A stretch of 64,000 nt of DNA, from NCBI GenBank assembly GCA_964468805.1, contig CAYXWM010000006.1:557-64556 (forward strand), read 5' to 3'. Under the pieces are notes generated by a model. It did no database searches, was not told the DNA's origin, and was given only the letters and a program-made list of their open reading frames with translations. Each line of letters begins with the position of its first letter. Positions within the stretch are counted from its first letter, which is position 1. This DNA is from an uncultured Defluviitaleaceae bacterium (GTDB taxonomy: Bacteria > Bacillota > Clostridia > Lachnospirales > WRBF01). Both the position numbers and the translations under genes were made by a program. Positions 1 through 9,323 of the stretch are shown in pieces.

Positions 1-153
1 GCTTGTTCGCTCAGCGGCAATTAAACCGTTTACCGCTACGTTACCTAAATATCCCTTTGAAGCACTTTGCCAGTTGGCATCATCATTTCCGTCTGCAAAG
101 AAAAACAAATAATCAATCAAGTTGCCTAAATTTATTCCACCGATGATACTCAT
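1..153 (-). CDS. hypothetical protein, N-terminal fragment running off the left edge
   Basis: The minus-strand ATG (153-151) overlaps the TAA of the upstream gene as TAATG. An AAAGGAGGTG SD lies at 161-170. The frame is open to the edge (MSIIGGINLGNLIDYLFFFADGNDDANWQSASKGYLGNVAVNG...). No family recognised. Confidence 0.5.
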   Translation of the reverse strand, partial: MSIIGGINLGNLIDYLFFFADGNDDANWQSASKGYLGNVAVNGLIAAERTS

Positions 154-557
154 TAAGCATCACCTCCTTTTGTGTAATAATAAGCTTTGTCATTGGCTGT
201 GACCTTTATGCCGTTATATTCAGCAGTAACAGTGGCAATGTTAAGATGAATTTTCCTGTTACATATACGAGAAATATCCTCCATCTTCATACCCAGGAGC
301 ATCTGGTTCTTTATAACATTACGCATAGTACCGGAAACCGAATCATTGATTTGCAGAATCTCTCTGATACTTGCAGGTTTTGGAATTCTGCGTCCATTCA
401 AAGTACCTACTGCATATTGAATTTTTTCCGCTTCGGCGTTTAAAATATGCGAAAGACCCAGTTCTTCAAGTGCAACCGAAGCAAGGAGCAAATTAGCAGA
501 CGTCTCCTCGTCAATTCCGATGTTCGGATCAATATTAGGTATATTGGGAAATGACAT
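153..557 (-). CDS. small conserved hypothetical protein, paralog A (134 aa, extra C-terminal ~35 aa)
   Basis: ORF with an AAGGAGAT SD upstream. The N-terminus MSFPNIPNIDP and the motifs NLLL..EEL..HILNAEAEKIQY and RNVIKNQMLLG are shared with 823-1131 and 1279-1650. Confidence 0.75.
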   Translation of the reverse strand: MSFPNIPNIDPNIGIDEETSANLLLASVALEELGLSHILNAEAEKIQYAVGTLNGRRIPKPASIREILQINDSVSGTMRNVIKNQMLLGMKMEDISRICNRKIHLNIATVTAEYNGIKVTANDKAYYYTKGGDA

Positions 558-607
558 AACATATCTCCTTTCGTAAAGGCATCGTAAAGATGCCGTAGAA
601 TAAAAAA

Positions 608-633
608 ACAGCGGTTTTCAAAGACACCGCTGT
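608..633. terminator. bidirectional intrinsic terminator-like hairpin
   Basis: acagcggt/accgctgt stem flanked by an A-run (602-608) and a T-run (633-637). It lies downstream of the minus gene 823-1131. Confidence 0.55.
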
Positions 634-822
634 TTTTGATAACTGATTAGGGGTTGTTTGAAAATCAAATTTGAGGTCATTTTTCAGATATTTTTTGCAA
701 AGCAGAGGAACGACAACGACGCATAATACAGGACTTTATGCCGAGAAAAGTTGACACAGCTTTGCTGAAAATTTACGGAAAACATCTAAAAAAGAACCGA
801 AAATTAATTTTTAAAACAAGCC

Positions 823-1131
823 CTATTCTTTACTGTATAAACCTATAGTATCCTCAAGCTTAAATCCCAGAAGCATCTGATTCTTAATAACGTTACGTAA
901 TGTCATACAAACGCTGTCATCCAATGCAATCAATTGACGGAAAGTAGGAGGATCAATAGGGGCTGCACCCTTCAATGTTCCGAGAACATATTGGATTTTT
1001 TCAGCTTCGGCGTTTAAAATATGTGCTTGAGCAAGTTCCTCCATTGCGATAGATGATAATAACAAGTTGTAAGATTGTTCCGCTGTAAGTGTAATTTTCG
1101 GATCGATATTCGGTATATTGGGCATTGACAT
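823..1131 (-). CDS. small conserved hypothetical protein, paralog B (102 aa)
   Basis: About 60% identical to paralog A over ~95 aa by hand alignment. Same MSMPNIPNIDP start. Confidence 0.75.
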   Translation of the reverse strand: MSMPNIPNIDPKITLTAEQSYNLLLSSIAMEELAQAHILNAEAEKIQYVLGTLKGAAPIDPPTFRQLIALDDSVCMTLRNVIKNQMLLGFKLEDTIGLYSKE

Positions 1132-1213
1132 TTAGATTTACCCCCTTTCTCTGAGTATTTGACTAAATAAATAATAGCACGCATTAATTTATGTAGACAT
1201 ACTATATACTATG

Positions 1214-1260
1214 ACTTGTCTCAAAAATGTGTGCTAAACTTGTCTCAAAAAATGTGTGCT
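1214..1260 (+). promoter_or_regulatory. tandem direct repeat (22 + 23 bp) in a divergent promoter region
   Basis: acttgtctcaaaaatgtgtgct (1214-1235) and acttgtctcaaaaaatgtgtgct (1238-1260) end 18 nt before the ATG at 1279. Confidence 0.5.
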
Positions 1261-1278
1261 TAAAAAGGAGGTAAAAAT

Positions 1279-1650
1279 ATGTCCATGCCCAACATTCCCG
1301 ACTTTAAACCGGAAATAGATATATCTTTCGAACAAGCGTTAAATCTGCTGTTAACCTCAATTACCATGGAAGAAATAAGTTTGTCAAAACTAATGGATAC
1401 AGAAAATGAAATAATTAAATATGCCATCGAAAAGAATAAGCAAAACAACGGAACCATGGAGGATATTTTGTTGATAAACAACAGTGTAAACTCTACTATT
1501 ATGAATATAAGTAAAATGCAAATGTTGTTACAATCAAAGTTGGAAAACTTAGAACGTCTCATATCAAAAACATCAAACCAATCATCTCAGCCATCCGGTC
1601 CGAAAGAACCCACAATATCCTCTGAGCCCGGGAACAATGACGATAATTAA
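1279..1650 (+). CDS. small conserved hypothetical protein, paralog C (123 aa, S/P/N-rich tail)
   Basis: AAAGGAGG SD 7 nt upstream. The MSMPNIPDFKPEI start and the helical core are alignable to paralogs A/B but more diverged. Confidence 0.7.
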   Translation: MSMPNIPDFKPEIDISFEQALNLLLTSITMEEISLSKLMDTENEIIKYAIEKNKQNNGTMEDILLINNSVNSTIMNISKMQMLLQSKLENLERLISKTSNQSSQPSGPKEPTISSEPGNNDDN

Positions 1651-1673
1651 AAGGTAGGCTTTAGACACTTATA

Positions 1674-1700
1674 AAACGGTTGGAACACACCGTTTTTTTA
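1674..1700 (+). terminator. intrinsic terminator
   Basis: aacggt...accgtt stem followed by a T7 run. Confidence 0.6.
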
Positions 1701-1706
1701 TTACGC

Positions 1707-1850
1707 TATATACTTAATTGCATAAGGAACAGTAACAAAAGCTATTCTTCGTAAACGGTTCGCTCTTGCGTTTTTTATTAAAAAAACACCGGTCGCTCAC
1801 CACTGCGAATATACGCTTTTGTTACTTCTTAACTTATAATTAAGTATATA
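1707..1850 (+). repeat. dispersed inverted-repeat element, copy 1 (full length, ~144 bp)
   Basis: The left arm TATACTTAATTGCATAAGGAACAGTAACAAAAGC is imperfectly complementary to the right arm GCTTTTGTTACTTCTTAACTTATAATTAAGTATA. The core contains CGGTTCGCTC...T6ATTA7...CGGTCGCTCACC. Confidence 0.85.
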
Positions 1851-1854
1851 ATCT

Positions 1855-1912
1855 AAAAGAGCAAAACAACCGCTTACTGTTTCACTTAGTCGGCGGTTGT
1901 TTTGCTCTTTTG
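1855..1912. terminator. bidirectional terminator hairpin
   Basis: 15-bp stem agagcaaaacaaccg / cggttgttttgctct with flanking A/T runs. It lies just downstream of the GNAT stop (1918). Confidence 0.7.
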
Positions 1913-1917
1913 TAAAG

Positions 1918-2430
1918 TTAAATTGTGTTTATTGTGCCTTTAATATTGTGCAATGATCCTTCATTTAATTCTGTAACCATACTCCACTCTGCATTTTTAT
2001 CATTGACATGGAATATTTCATATTCGTAAGTAGGTTTAAAGCCAACTTTCCTGTAAAAGGTTGGGTCACCGCAAAGAAATACAGCTTTATAGCCTAAATT
2101 TTTAGCAATACCAAACGCCTCTTGCATTAAAGTACGAGCTATACCTTGCCTAAAATATTCCGGATGAACACTAATCGGGGACAGCAGCAATTCAAAAAGT
2201 TTTCCGGTTGGTGTATCTATTGCTGTTTTATATAAAACTATTTGCCCGATAATTTTTCCGTCCTTGTCTTCTGCAACCAATGACAACTGCGGTATAAAAG
2301 TATCTTTTTTTCGAACGTCATTTAGATAGTCGGCTTCGGAATCGTCAGAATCGGACGTTGTAGCAAACGATGCTTTTACAAGGGCATAAACCTCGTCATA
2401 ATCGGATCGTTTTTCTTGTCTTATTTTCAT
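1918..2430 (-). CDS. GNAT family N-acetyltransferase
   Basis: 170 aa. Acetyl-CoA-binding-type motif HPEYFRQGIARTLM. Overall YhbS-like layout. Confidence 0.75.
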   Translation of the reverse strand: MKIRQEKRSDYDEVYALVKASFATTSDSDDSEADYLNDVRKKDTFIPQLSLVAEDKDGKIIGQIVLYKTAIDTPTGKLFELLLSPISVHPEYFRQGIARTLMQEAFGIAKNLGYKAVFLCGDPTFYRKVGFKPTYEYEIFHVNDKNAEWSMVTELNEGSLHNIKGTINTI

Positions 2431-2581
2431 AATGTATACTCCCGGAATGTAGTTAATCTTATTTTTTGTTGTGTATATGTAATTAATAAATGGACGTAAG
2501 AAATATCAGTATACCATATGAGCTATACTTTATAATATTTTGAATATTTTCAAGAATATAAAAATAAATTTTATTTACATA

Positions 2582-2609
2582 TTGACAAAATAAAATTTTA
2601 TTCTATAAT
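2582..2609 (+). promoter_or_regulatory. sigma-A-type promoter with embedded 14-bp palindrome
   Basis: TTGACA (2582-2587), 16-nt spacer, TATAAT (2604-2609). The perfect palindrome AATAAAATTTTATT sits at 2589-2602. The 28-nt block is identical to 13506-13533. Confidence 0.65.
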
Positions 2610-2698
2610 AATAAGTACAGAAATAAATTCCGTTTCAGAAAACCCCTTGATAGAGTTTTCTGTTAATCAAACAATAAATTATTAAAGGAGATGTTTTA

Positions 2699-3511
2699 AT
2701 GAAGGTAAACATAAAAGACAAGGTGGCGATAATCACAGGAGGAGCTTCAGGTATAGGAGAAGCAGGAGCCCGTATTTTAGCAGAAAACGATTGCAAATTG
2801 CTATTGGTAGACCTTAACCAAGAACGGCTTAATATGGTGGTTGAAGAAATTAAATCAGCCGGCGGAGATTGTTTTGGAATTTGTGCGGACGTAGCCGAGG
2901 AAGATGCTGTAATAGACTTCTTTTCTAAAGCAGTAGAAAAATGGGGCAGAGTAGATATTCTTATAAACAGTGCCGGTCGTGATTCCTTATCTCCTCCTAT
3001 AAGCGAAGTTACCCTTGAAGAATGGAATTTAACCATAGGTCCAAACTTAACCGGTGTTTTCCTTTGCTGTCGTGAAGCCTTTAAAATTATGGAAAAGCAA
3101 GAAAGCGGCGGTCGCATAATGAATATAGGTTCATCTTCCGCGAAAGTTGCTTCCAGCCCGGGACATAGCCCTTACAGAGCTTCCAAACACGGTATGATGG
3201 GGTTCAGCAAAAATATTCTTTTGGAAGGCGTAGGCAAAAACATCGGCGTAACCGTAATTAATCCCTCACACGTAAAAACCCCTATGACCGAAATTATAGA
3301 CCAAGGTATTTACGAAGGTGACATTCCCGCCTACTTAGACGGTTGGTTAGACGAACAAGAACGCAAAGAAGGTATACATGCCAGCTGTATAGACGTTGAT
3401 AATGTTGCGGAAATCATTCTTTACGTGGCTACTCGTACACCGGACGTTACCATTCCTCAAATTTCCTTCTATCCTACCCATAAAGCACACCGCTACGGTA
3501 TGGAAGTTTAA
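2699..3511 (+). CDS. SDR family oxidoreductase
   Basis: TGGASGIG Rossmann motif, NSAG, and a YxxxK region (YRASK). Confidence 0.8.
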   Translation: MKVNIKDKVAIITGGASGIGEAGARILAENDCKLLLVDLNQERLNMVVEEIKSAGGDCFGICADVAEEDAVIDFFSKAVEKWGRVDILINSAGRDSLSPPISEVTLEEWNLTIGPNLTGVFLCCREAFKIMEKQESGGRIMNIGSSSAKVASSPGHSPYRASKHGMMGFSKNILLEGVGKNIGVTVINPSHVKTPMTEIIDQGIYEGDIPAYLDGWLDEQERKEGIHASCIDVDNVAEIILYVATRTPDVTIPQISFYPTHKAHRYGMEV

Positions 3512-3662
3512 TTTACATAGTAAACAATTAGTCAACAGCAAGACGTATTTCTTCCTTTTAATAATAAAATATGTGAACTTTAAAAACATTTAATGTCTTT
3601 TCCGAGTAAATAATATTTTAATATTTCTCTTTTAATAAGAAGCTAAAAAGGAAGTGTTGCCA

Positions 3663-5177
3663 ATGCAAAAAAAGTATGTAATGGCATTTGACGCAGGAAC
3701 CACCGGATGCCGTAGCATAGTTTTTGATAAAAGCGGAAATATCGTTACGAGCGCATATCAAGAATTTCCGCAAATATATCCCAAACCGGGTTGGGTAGAG
3801 CATGACCCAATGGATATTTGGAATACGCAAATAGGAACGGCTCGCTCGGCTATAGCCCAACTGGGAGCGGATTGTTCGGAAATAGCCGCTATAGGAATAA
3901 CAAACCAACGTGAAACAACAGTGGTTTGGGAAAAAGCCACCGGAAAACCTGTAATGAACGCAATAGTCTGGCAGGACAGGCGAACAGCAGCTATTTGTGA
4001 ACAATTAAAGGAACAAGGGCTGGAGGATTACATAAAAGAAAACACCGGATTACTCATAGATGCTTACTTTTCCGGTACAAAAATCAAGTGGATTTTAGAT
4101 AATGTTGAAGGTGCCCGAGCCAAAGCCCAAGAAGGCGAATTGCTTTTTGGTACTATAGATACTTGGCTAATCTGGAATTTAACCGGCGGCAAGGCTCACG
4201 TTATCGACTATTCAAATGCATCTCGTACTCTCCTTTTTAACATCAAGACACTCAGCTGGGACGAAAAGATGCTAAAAGCCTTAGATATACCTTTGGCTAT
4301 GTTGCCCGAAACTTTGCCCTCAAGCTGTGTTTACGGCGAAACAGACCCTTATCTATTCGACGGCGGTTCCATTCCGGTAGCGGGAGCAATAGGCGACCAA
4401 CAAGCGGCATTGTTTGGTCAGGCTTGTTTTAGCGAAGGCTTGGTAAAAGCAACTTACGGAACCGGCGGCTCTCTTATGATGAACACCGGCTATCAACCTA
4501 AATTTTCAAAGCACGGTATGCTGACAACTGTTGCTTGGGGTATAGACGGCAAGGTGGAATATGCCCTTGAAGGCTTGCTCTATGTATTGGGTGCTTCTGT
4601 GCAATGGTTGCGTGACGAATTACGTATAGTTGGAAGTTCTGCGGAAACCGAGTATTTTGCTTCGCAGGTTCCCGATACAGCCGGGGTTTATTTTGTACCT
4701 GCTTTTGTGGGTCTTTCCGCTCCTTACTGGGACCAATATGCCAGAGGCTCCATAATGGGTTTAACCAGGGGAAGCAACCGTAATCACATTATCCGTGCCA
4801 CTCTTGAATCTATGGCGTACCAAATTCGGGATGTAATCGAATGTATGCAGCAGGATTCGGGCATTTCAAATTCAGCCCTTAAAGTCGACGGCGGTGCTTG
4901 CCGAAATAATTTCCTTATGCAATTTCAAGCGGATTTACTGGGCGTTGAGGTAATGCGCCCGAAAGTAGTGGATACCACTGCTCGAGGTGCCGCTTTCCTG
5001 GCGGGATTGGCAACAGGCTTTTGGCGTGATAAACAAGAACTTCTGGATACTTTTGAATTAGACAAACAATTCTCACCTACTTTGGAAAAAGACGCTCGTG
5101 ATAAATTATATCAAGGTTGGAAAAAAGCCGTAGATCGAGTTCGTGATTGGGAATCTAAAGAAGATAACCCGGCTTAA
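3663..5177 (+). CDS. glpK: glycerol kinase
   Basis: FGGY kinase with GlpK-typical blocks [32 protein letters not shown] and YFSGTKIKW. The start is placed at the ATG with an AAGGAAG SD (the ORF opens at 3654). Confidence 0.9.
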   Translation: MQKKYVMAFDAGTTGCRSIVFDKSGNIVTSAYQEFPQIYPKPGWVEHDPMDIWNTQIGTARSAIAQLGADCSEIAAIGITNQRETTVVWEKATGKPVMNAIVWQDRRTAAICEQLKEQGLEDYIKENTGLLIDAYFSGTKIKWILDNVEGARAKAQEGELLFGTIDTWLIWNLTGGKAHVIDYSNASRTLLFNIKTLSWDEKMLKALDIPLAMLPETLPSSCVYGETDPYLFDGGSIPVAGAIGDQQAALFGQACFSEGLVKATYGTGGSLMMNTGYQPKFSKHGMLTTVAWGIDGKVEYALEGLLYVLGASVQWLRDELRIVGSSAETEYFASQVPDTAGVYFVPAFVGLSAPYWDQYARGSIMGLTRGSNRNHIIRATLESMAYQIRDVIECMQQDSGISNSALKVDGGACRNNFLMQFQADLLGVEVMRPKVVDTTARGAAFLAGLATGFWRDKQELLDTFELDKQFSPTLEKDARDKLYQGWKKAVDRVRDWESKEDNPA

Positions 5178-5310
5178 ACCCAACCCTAAGAGTAAATGCT
5201 GATTTCCGGTGGTAGACATTTTAATATTACGCTAATCCTTCAATAGGATTGGCATTGCATCCTTTTCGGCGTTTACTGCAAATTAATTAATATTGAAAAG
5301 GAGAATTTCC

Positions 5311-6291
5311 ATGAAAAAAATATGCCTTGCTTTAGCAGCAATTTTAATGTTAGGTCTCTTAGCCGGCTGCAGTACTCCCACAAACACTGTAGGTTCCAAT
5401 ATTCCCGAATCGGCAAGCCCCGGTGCGAACTCCGGCGGAGACGGTTCCAAAAAGTTGGTAATAGGTGCAACTATTTTAACAAGAGAGCATGTTTTTTGGA
5501 CCATGGTTGAAGAAAGTTTAAAATCAAAAGCAGCGGAATTAGGCGTAGACATTATTATTTCTGACGGCAAGGGCAACGCCGATGCTCAATATGCTCAAAT
5601 CCAAGACTTTGTAACCCAAAAGGTTGACGCTATTATAGTCGCTCCGGTATCATCTGCGGCTTCCGCTTCGGCGGCACAATTGGCAAAAGATGCGGGGATT
5701 CCTGTGTTTTCCCTTGTAATTGATACAAAAGGCGAAAGAGTTTCCTTTATCGGCGTCGATAACATTAAGGGCGGTGAATTGGCAGGCGAATACGCCGCTA
5801 AAGCCCTTAACGAAGAGGGAGAATGTGCAATTATATCCTGGGACGATTTGGATATTTGTATAGACCGTGCTACAGGATTTAAAAATGCAGTGGAAAAATA
5901 CCCCAACATGAAAATAGTTTCCGAAATTTCCTATGCAGGAGACACAAATAAAGCCGCAAGTATTACTCAAGACTTTATTACCCAATTCCCTAACCTTAAA
6001 CTTATCTATGCCGTAGGCGACCCGGCAGCAGTAGGTGCAGTTAATACCGTTAAAGCGGCCGGAAAAGATATTAAGGTTATAGGTTTTGACGGTAACCCCG
6101 AATTCTATTCCGGAACCAAAAACGATCCGGATATCTGGATAGCAGACGTACAACAAGACCCCAAGGGTTGTGCCGCTTGGTCAGTTGAAATTGCTGTAGC
6201 TTACCTTAAAAACGGGAAAACCCCCGAAAAAGAAAATCTTCTGGCTCCTACTATGATTGATACTGCCGAAGTTATCAAAAAGGGACTTTAA
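5311..6291 (+). CDS. sugar ABC transporter substrate-binding lipoprotein (ribose-type family)
   Basis: Signal peptide plus lipobox LLAGCS. Periplasmic-binding fold I sequence pattern. AAAGGAG SD before the ATG at 5311. Confidence 0.8.
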   Translation: MKKICLALAAILMLGLLAGCSTPTNTVGSNIPESASPGANSGGDGSKKLVIGATILTREHVFWTMVEESLKSKAAELGVDIIISDGKGNADAQYAQIQDFVTQKVDAIIVAPVSSAASASAAQLAKDAGIPVFSLVIDTKGERVSFIGVDNIKGGELAGEYAAKALNEEGECAIISWDDLDICIDRATGFKNAVEKYPNMKIVSEISYAGDTNKAASITQDFITQFPNLKLIYAVGDPAAVGAVNTVKAAGKDIKVIGFDGNPEFYSGTKNDPDIWIADVQQDPKGCAAWSVEIAVAYLKNGKTPEKENLLAPTMIDTAEVIKKGL

Positions 6292-6310
6292 TCTATTTCG
6301 TTAATTATAA

Positions 6311-6353
6311 GGTTGTTTTTACAACGCTGTTTGTAAAAACAACCGACTTTTTC
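6311..6353 (+). terminator. strong intra-operon hairpin/terminator after the binding-protein gene
   Basis: 14-bp perfect stem ggttgtttttacaa/ttgtaaaaacaacc followed by gacttttt. Confidence 0.6.
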
Positions 6354-6457
6354 GAATTGATTAATTTCCGGTTCATTGAATTCATCATAATCAGAACGGG
6401 GTTTCTTGCTCTTATACTAATTCCGTATAAGTTGAAGGACAAAAATGGAATCAGTAT

Positions 6458-6547
6458 TATACTTAAATGCATATGGAGCGGTAAAAAAGCTATTATTGTT
6501 AGCTCACAAAATCGCTTTTGTTACTCATTAACCGGTATTTAAGTATA
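6458..6547 (+). repeat. dispersed inverted-repeat element, internally deleted copy (~90 bp)
   Basis: The sequence is TATACTTAAATGCATATGGAGCGGTAAAAAAGCTATT...GCTCAC...CGCTTTTGTTACTCATTAACCGGTATTTAAGTATA. It aligns to both arms of the 1707-1850 element. Confidence 0.7.
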
Positions 6548-6584
6548 ACTCCAAAGGGTTTTCCCACAAAAGGAGGTATCAAGT

Positions 6585-8093
6585 ATGCCGGATTCACCAA
6601 TCATAAGCGTTAAAAACGTGGTAAAACGTTTCCCGGGTGTTTTGGCACTAAACGATGTCTCAATAGATGTTTACCCCGGTAAGGTTCACGTTTTAATAGG
6701 CGAAAACGGTGCCGGGAAATCTACATTGTTTAAAATAATAGCCGGTATTTATCAACCGGATGAAGGATCTCTGTTCTACAAAGGCAACAGGGTGCATTTC
6801 TCTACCCCTTCTGATGCCATCCATGCAGGCATAGCAATGATACATCAGGAATTAAGTGCGGTTATGGATTTAAGCGTAAGCGAAAATATATTTCTGGGCA
6901 GAGAGCACAGCCGTGACAGATTTCCTTTGGATAAATTGTTCTTGGATAAAAAATCAATGTATAAAGTAACAAAAGAGCTGCTTCATAGCTTAAAAATGGA
7001 TATAGACCCCAGATTACCCTTGAACCGATTGAGAACCGCTCAAATGCAAATGGTTGAAATAGCAAAGGCTGTTTCCCAAAACGCTTCCGTAATTATAATG
7101 GACGAACCAACTTCCTCAATTTCAGATAATGAGGTAGAAGTTCTGTTTGGCATTATTAACCGGCTTAAAGCCGCCGGTGTAGCCATAATTTATGTATCAC
7201 ATCGCCTAAAGGAATTGTATCAAATCGGAGACACAGTTACCGTTTTACGTGACGGCGAATTGGTTACCACGGCACCTATCAGCGAGACGGACGAAAACAA
7301 GCTGGTTTCCCTTATGGTAGGCAGAGAAATCCAACACAACACCTCTTTTGTAAGTCATGCAACAAGTGAAACGGTACTGGAAGTTAAGGGCTTAACCCGA
7401 GAAAAGGAATTTAAAAACGTATCTTTTTCCATGAATAAGGGCGAAGTATTCGGTTTAGCCGGCTTGGTAGGAGCAGGACGCACAGAGGTTGTAAGAACTA
7501 TATTCGGAGCAGATAAGCCGGATAGCGGAACAATAAGTATTTTCGGCAAAACCGGTGAACCCGGTTCTCCAAGAGAAGCTATAAAAATGGGTCTGGGATT
7601 GGTTCCGGAAGATAGGCGTTTACAGGGGATTTTGGTAGAGGATATGATACATCGAAATATTTCCTTGCCCGGATTGCAAGACCATGCAACAGCCGGTTTT
7701 ATGAGCTTTAAGTGGGAAAAAGAAACAGCAATAAGCTACATAGATAAAATCCGTATAAAAACCGCAAATATGTTTGTAAAGGCGAAAAATTTATCCGGCG
7801 GAAACCAACAAAAAGTAATTCTTGCAAAATGGATGGCGGCAAATTCAAAGCTGTTGATTATGGATGAGCCTACTCGAGGAATTGACGTAGGAGCGAAAGC
7901 GGAAATATATCACCTTATGGGCGAATTTTGTTCCCAAGGAGGCAGTGTTCTGGTGGTATCCTCCGAATTGGTGGAATTGTTAAGGATTTGTGACAGAATC
8001 GGCGTTATGCGGCAAGGTGAACTTAGCGGAATTTTGGATCGAAGCGAAGCCACAGAAGAATCCATTATTAAATTGGCAAGTTTGGGAACATAA
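6585..8093 (+). CDS. sugar ABC transporter ATP-binding protein (duplicated ATPase, RbsA/MglA type)
   Basis: Two ABC cassettes. Walker A GENGAGKST, signature LSGGNQQK, Walker B LIMDEPT. Confidence 0.9.
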   Translation: MPDSPIISVKNVVKRFPGVLALNDVSIDVYPGKVHVLIGENGAGKSTLFKIIAGIYQPDEGSLFYKGNRVHFSTPSDAIHAGIAMIHQELSAVMDLSVSENIFLGREHSRDRFPLDKLFLDKKSMYKVTKELLHSLKMDIDPRLPLNRLRTAQMQMVEIAKAVSQNASVIIMDEPTSSISDNEVEVLFGIINRLKAAGVAIIYVSHRLKELYQIGDTVTVLRDGELVTTAPISETDENKLVSLMVGREIQHNTSFVSHATSETVLEVKGLTREKEFKNVSFSMNKGEVFGLAGLVGAGRTEVVRTIFGADKPDSGTISIFGKTGEPGSPREAIKMGLGLVPEDRRLQGILVEDMIHRNISLPGLQDHATAGFMSFKWEKETAISYIDKIRIKTANMFVKAKNLSGGNQQKVILAKWMAANSKLLIMDEPTRGIDVGAKAEIYHLMGEFCSQGGSVLVVSSELVELLRICDRIGVMRQGELSGILDRSEATEESIIKLASLGT

Positions 8094-8122
8094 ATAAAAC
8101 TGTTTCTGAATCAACCATAACT

Positions 8123-8261
8123 TATACTTAATTGCATAAGGAATAGTAATAAAAGCTATTCTTCGTAAACGGTTCACTCTTGCGTTTTTATAATAAAAAC
8201 ACCGGTCGCTCACCACTACACATATACCCTTTTGTTACTACTTAACTCAAAATTAAGTATA
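8123..8261 (+). repeat. dispersed inverted-repeat element, copy 3 (full length)
   Basis: Near-identical to copy 1. It sits between the ATPase stop and the permease start. Confidence 0.85.
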
Positions 8262-8300
8262 AATATCTCTTTTAAATCTGTTCGGAAAGGAGAGATAAAT

Positions 8301-9272
8301 CTGAAAAAAGAAAGCCTATCCCAAAGTGCTGTAATCCGGTTTGTAACCGGGAATATTTTGATACTGTTTTTAGCTGTAGTTTGTATAGTCTTTGCCATAT
8401 TCCAGCCGAGATTTTTGACCGGCGAAAATATGATGAATATTTTGGTTCAGGTAACAATCAATGCCATGTTGGCTACGGGTATGACTTTCGTTTTGTTAAC
8501 GGGCGGAATTGATGTTTCCGTAGGTTCTGTAGCGGCCTTAGGCGGCGTAGTTACTGCCATGATAGCTAAACCCTTTACAGAAATGGATATTGCTACGGCT
8601 ATATTAATGCAGGTTGGTGTAGCCTTGGCTATAGGTTTAATATGCGGAGGGTTAACAGCCTATTCGGTGGCAAAATTGAAAGTAGCTCCCTTTATAGCCA
8701 CCTTGGCAATGTCTACCATAGTCAGAGGATTGGGATACATACTGACCGACGGCAAAACCATTTTCGATTTACCCCAAAGTTATCAGATTTTAGGTCAGGC
8801 TCGTTTATTTAATGCCGTTCCCATTATGGTTATTATTTTAGTCGTGTTAATGGTGGCGGCGTACATAGTCCTCAGCAGAATGACTATAGGCAGGCATATT
8901 TATGCTGTAGGAAGCAATGAAGAAGTTGCTTATTTAAGCGGTATCAGTCCCTATAAAGTAAAAATGTTGGTGTATATAATTTGTACAGGTATGGCGGCCT
9001 TTGGCGGTATTTGTATGGCATCAAAATTCGGTACAGGTCAACCGGCAGCCGGCGCAGGCTACGAGCTTACTGCCATTGCTTCCGTGGTAATGGGCGGCAC
9101 AAGTTTATCGGGCGGCAGAGGCGGTATAGGTCGGGCGGTAATCGGTATCCTTACCATAGGAATAATAAATAACGGCTTAAACTTGCTTCAAGTTTCGTCT
9201 TACTGGCAACAAATAGCCATGGGTATAATTATTATGGCAGCGGTAATTTTGGACCGTAACACCAAGAAGTAA
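8301..9272 (+). CDS. sugar ABC transporter permease (RbsC type)
   Basis: Multi-TM protein with TGGIDVSVGS and GGTSLSGGRG motifs. The TTG at 8232 used by the ORF track lies inside the repeat. The GGAAAGGAGAG SD at 8285-8295 is followed after 5-6 nt by CTG at 8301, so the start is uncertain. Confidence 0.8.
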   Translation: MKKESLSQSAVIRFVTGNILILFLAVVCIVFAIFQPRFLTGENMMNILVQVTINAMLATGMTFVLLTGGIDVSVGSVAALGGVVTAMIAKPFTEMDIATAILMQVGVALAIGLICGGLTAYSVAKLKVAPFIATLAMSTIVRGLGYILTDGKTIFDLPQSYQILGQARLFNAVPIMVIILVVLMVAAYIVLSRMTIGRHIYAVGSNEEVAYLSGISPYKVKMLVYIICTGMAAFGGICMASKFGTGQPAAGAGYELTAIASVVMGGTSLSGGRGGIGRAVIGILTIGIINNGLNLLQVSSYWQQIAMGIIIMAAVILDRNTKK

Positions 9273-9323
9273 TTTTTCGACTGTATACAGTAGTTTTATT
9301 AAACCTTTTCAAGGGGGTTAATT

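Noticed and set aside
2635-3117. 160-aa minus-strand ORF overlapping the SDR gene; similar antisense ORFs occur at 5650-6156, 11677-12132, 14117-14410 and 50201-50668
   Set aside because: All are fully nested antisense to genes with strong family motifs. They lack ribosome-binding sites and recognisable motifs.
6357-6542. 61-aa plus-strand ORF, and the TTG 8232 start of the permease ORF
   Set aside because: Both run through copies of the dispersed repeat element. The repeat sequence, not coding constraint, explains their conservation.
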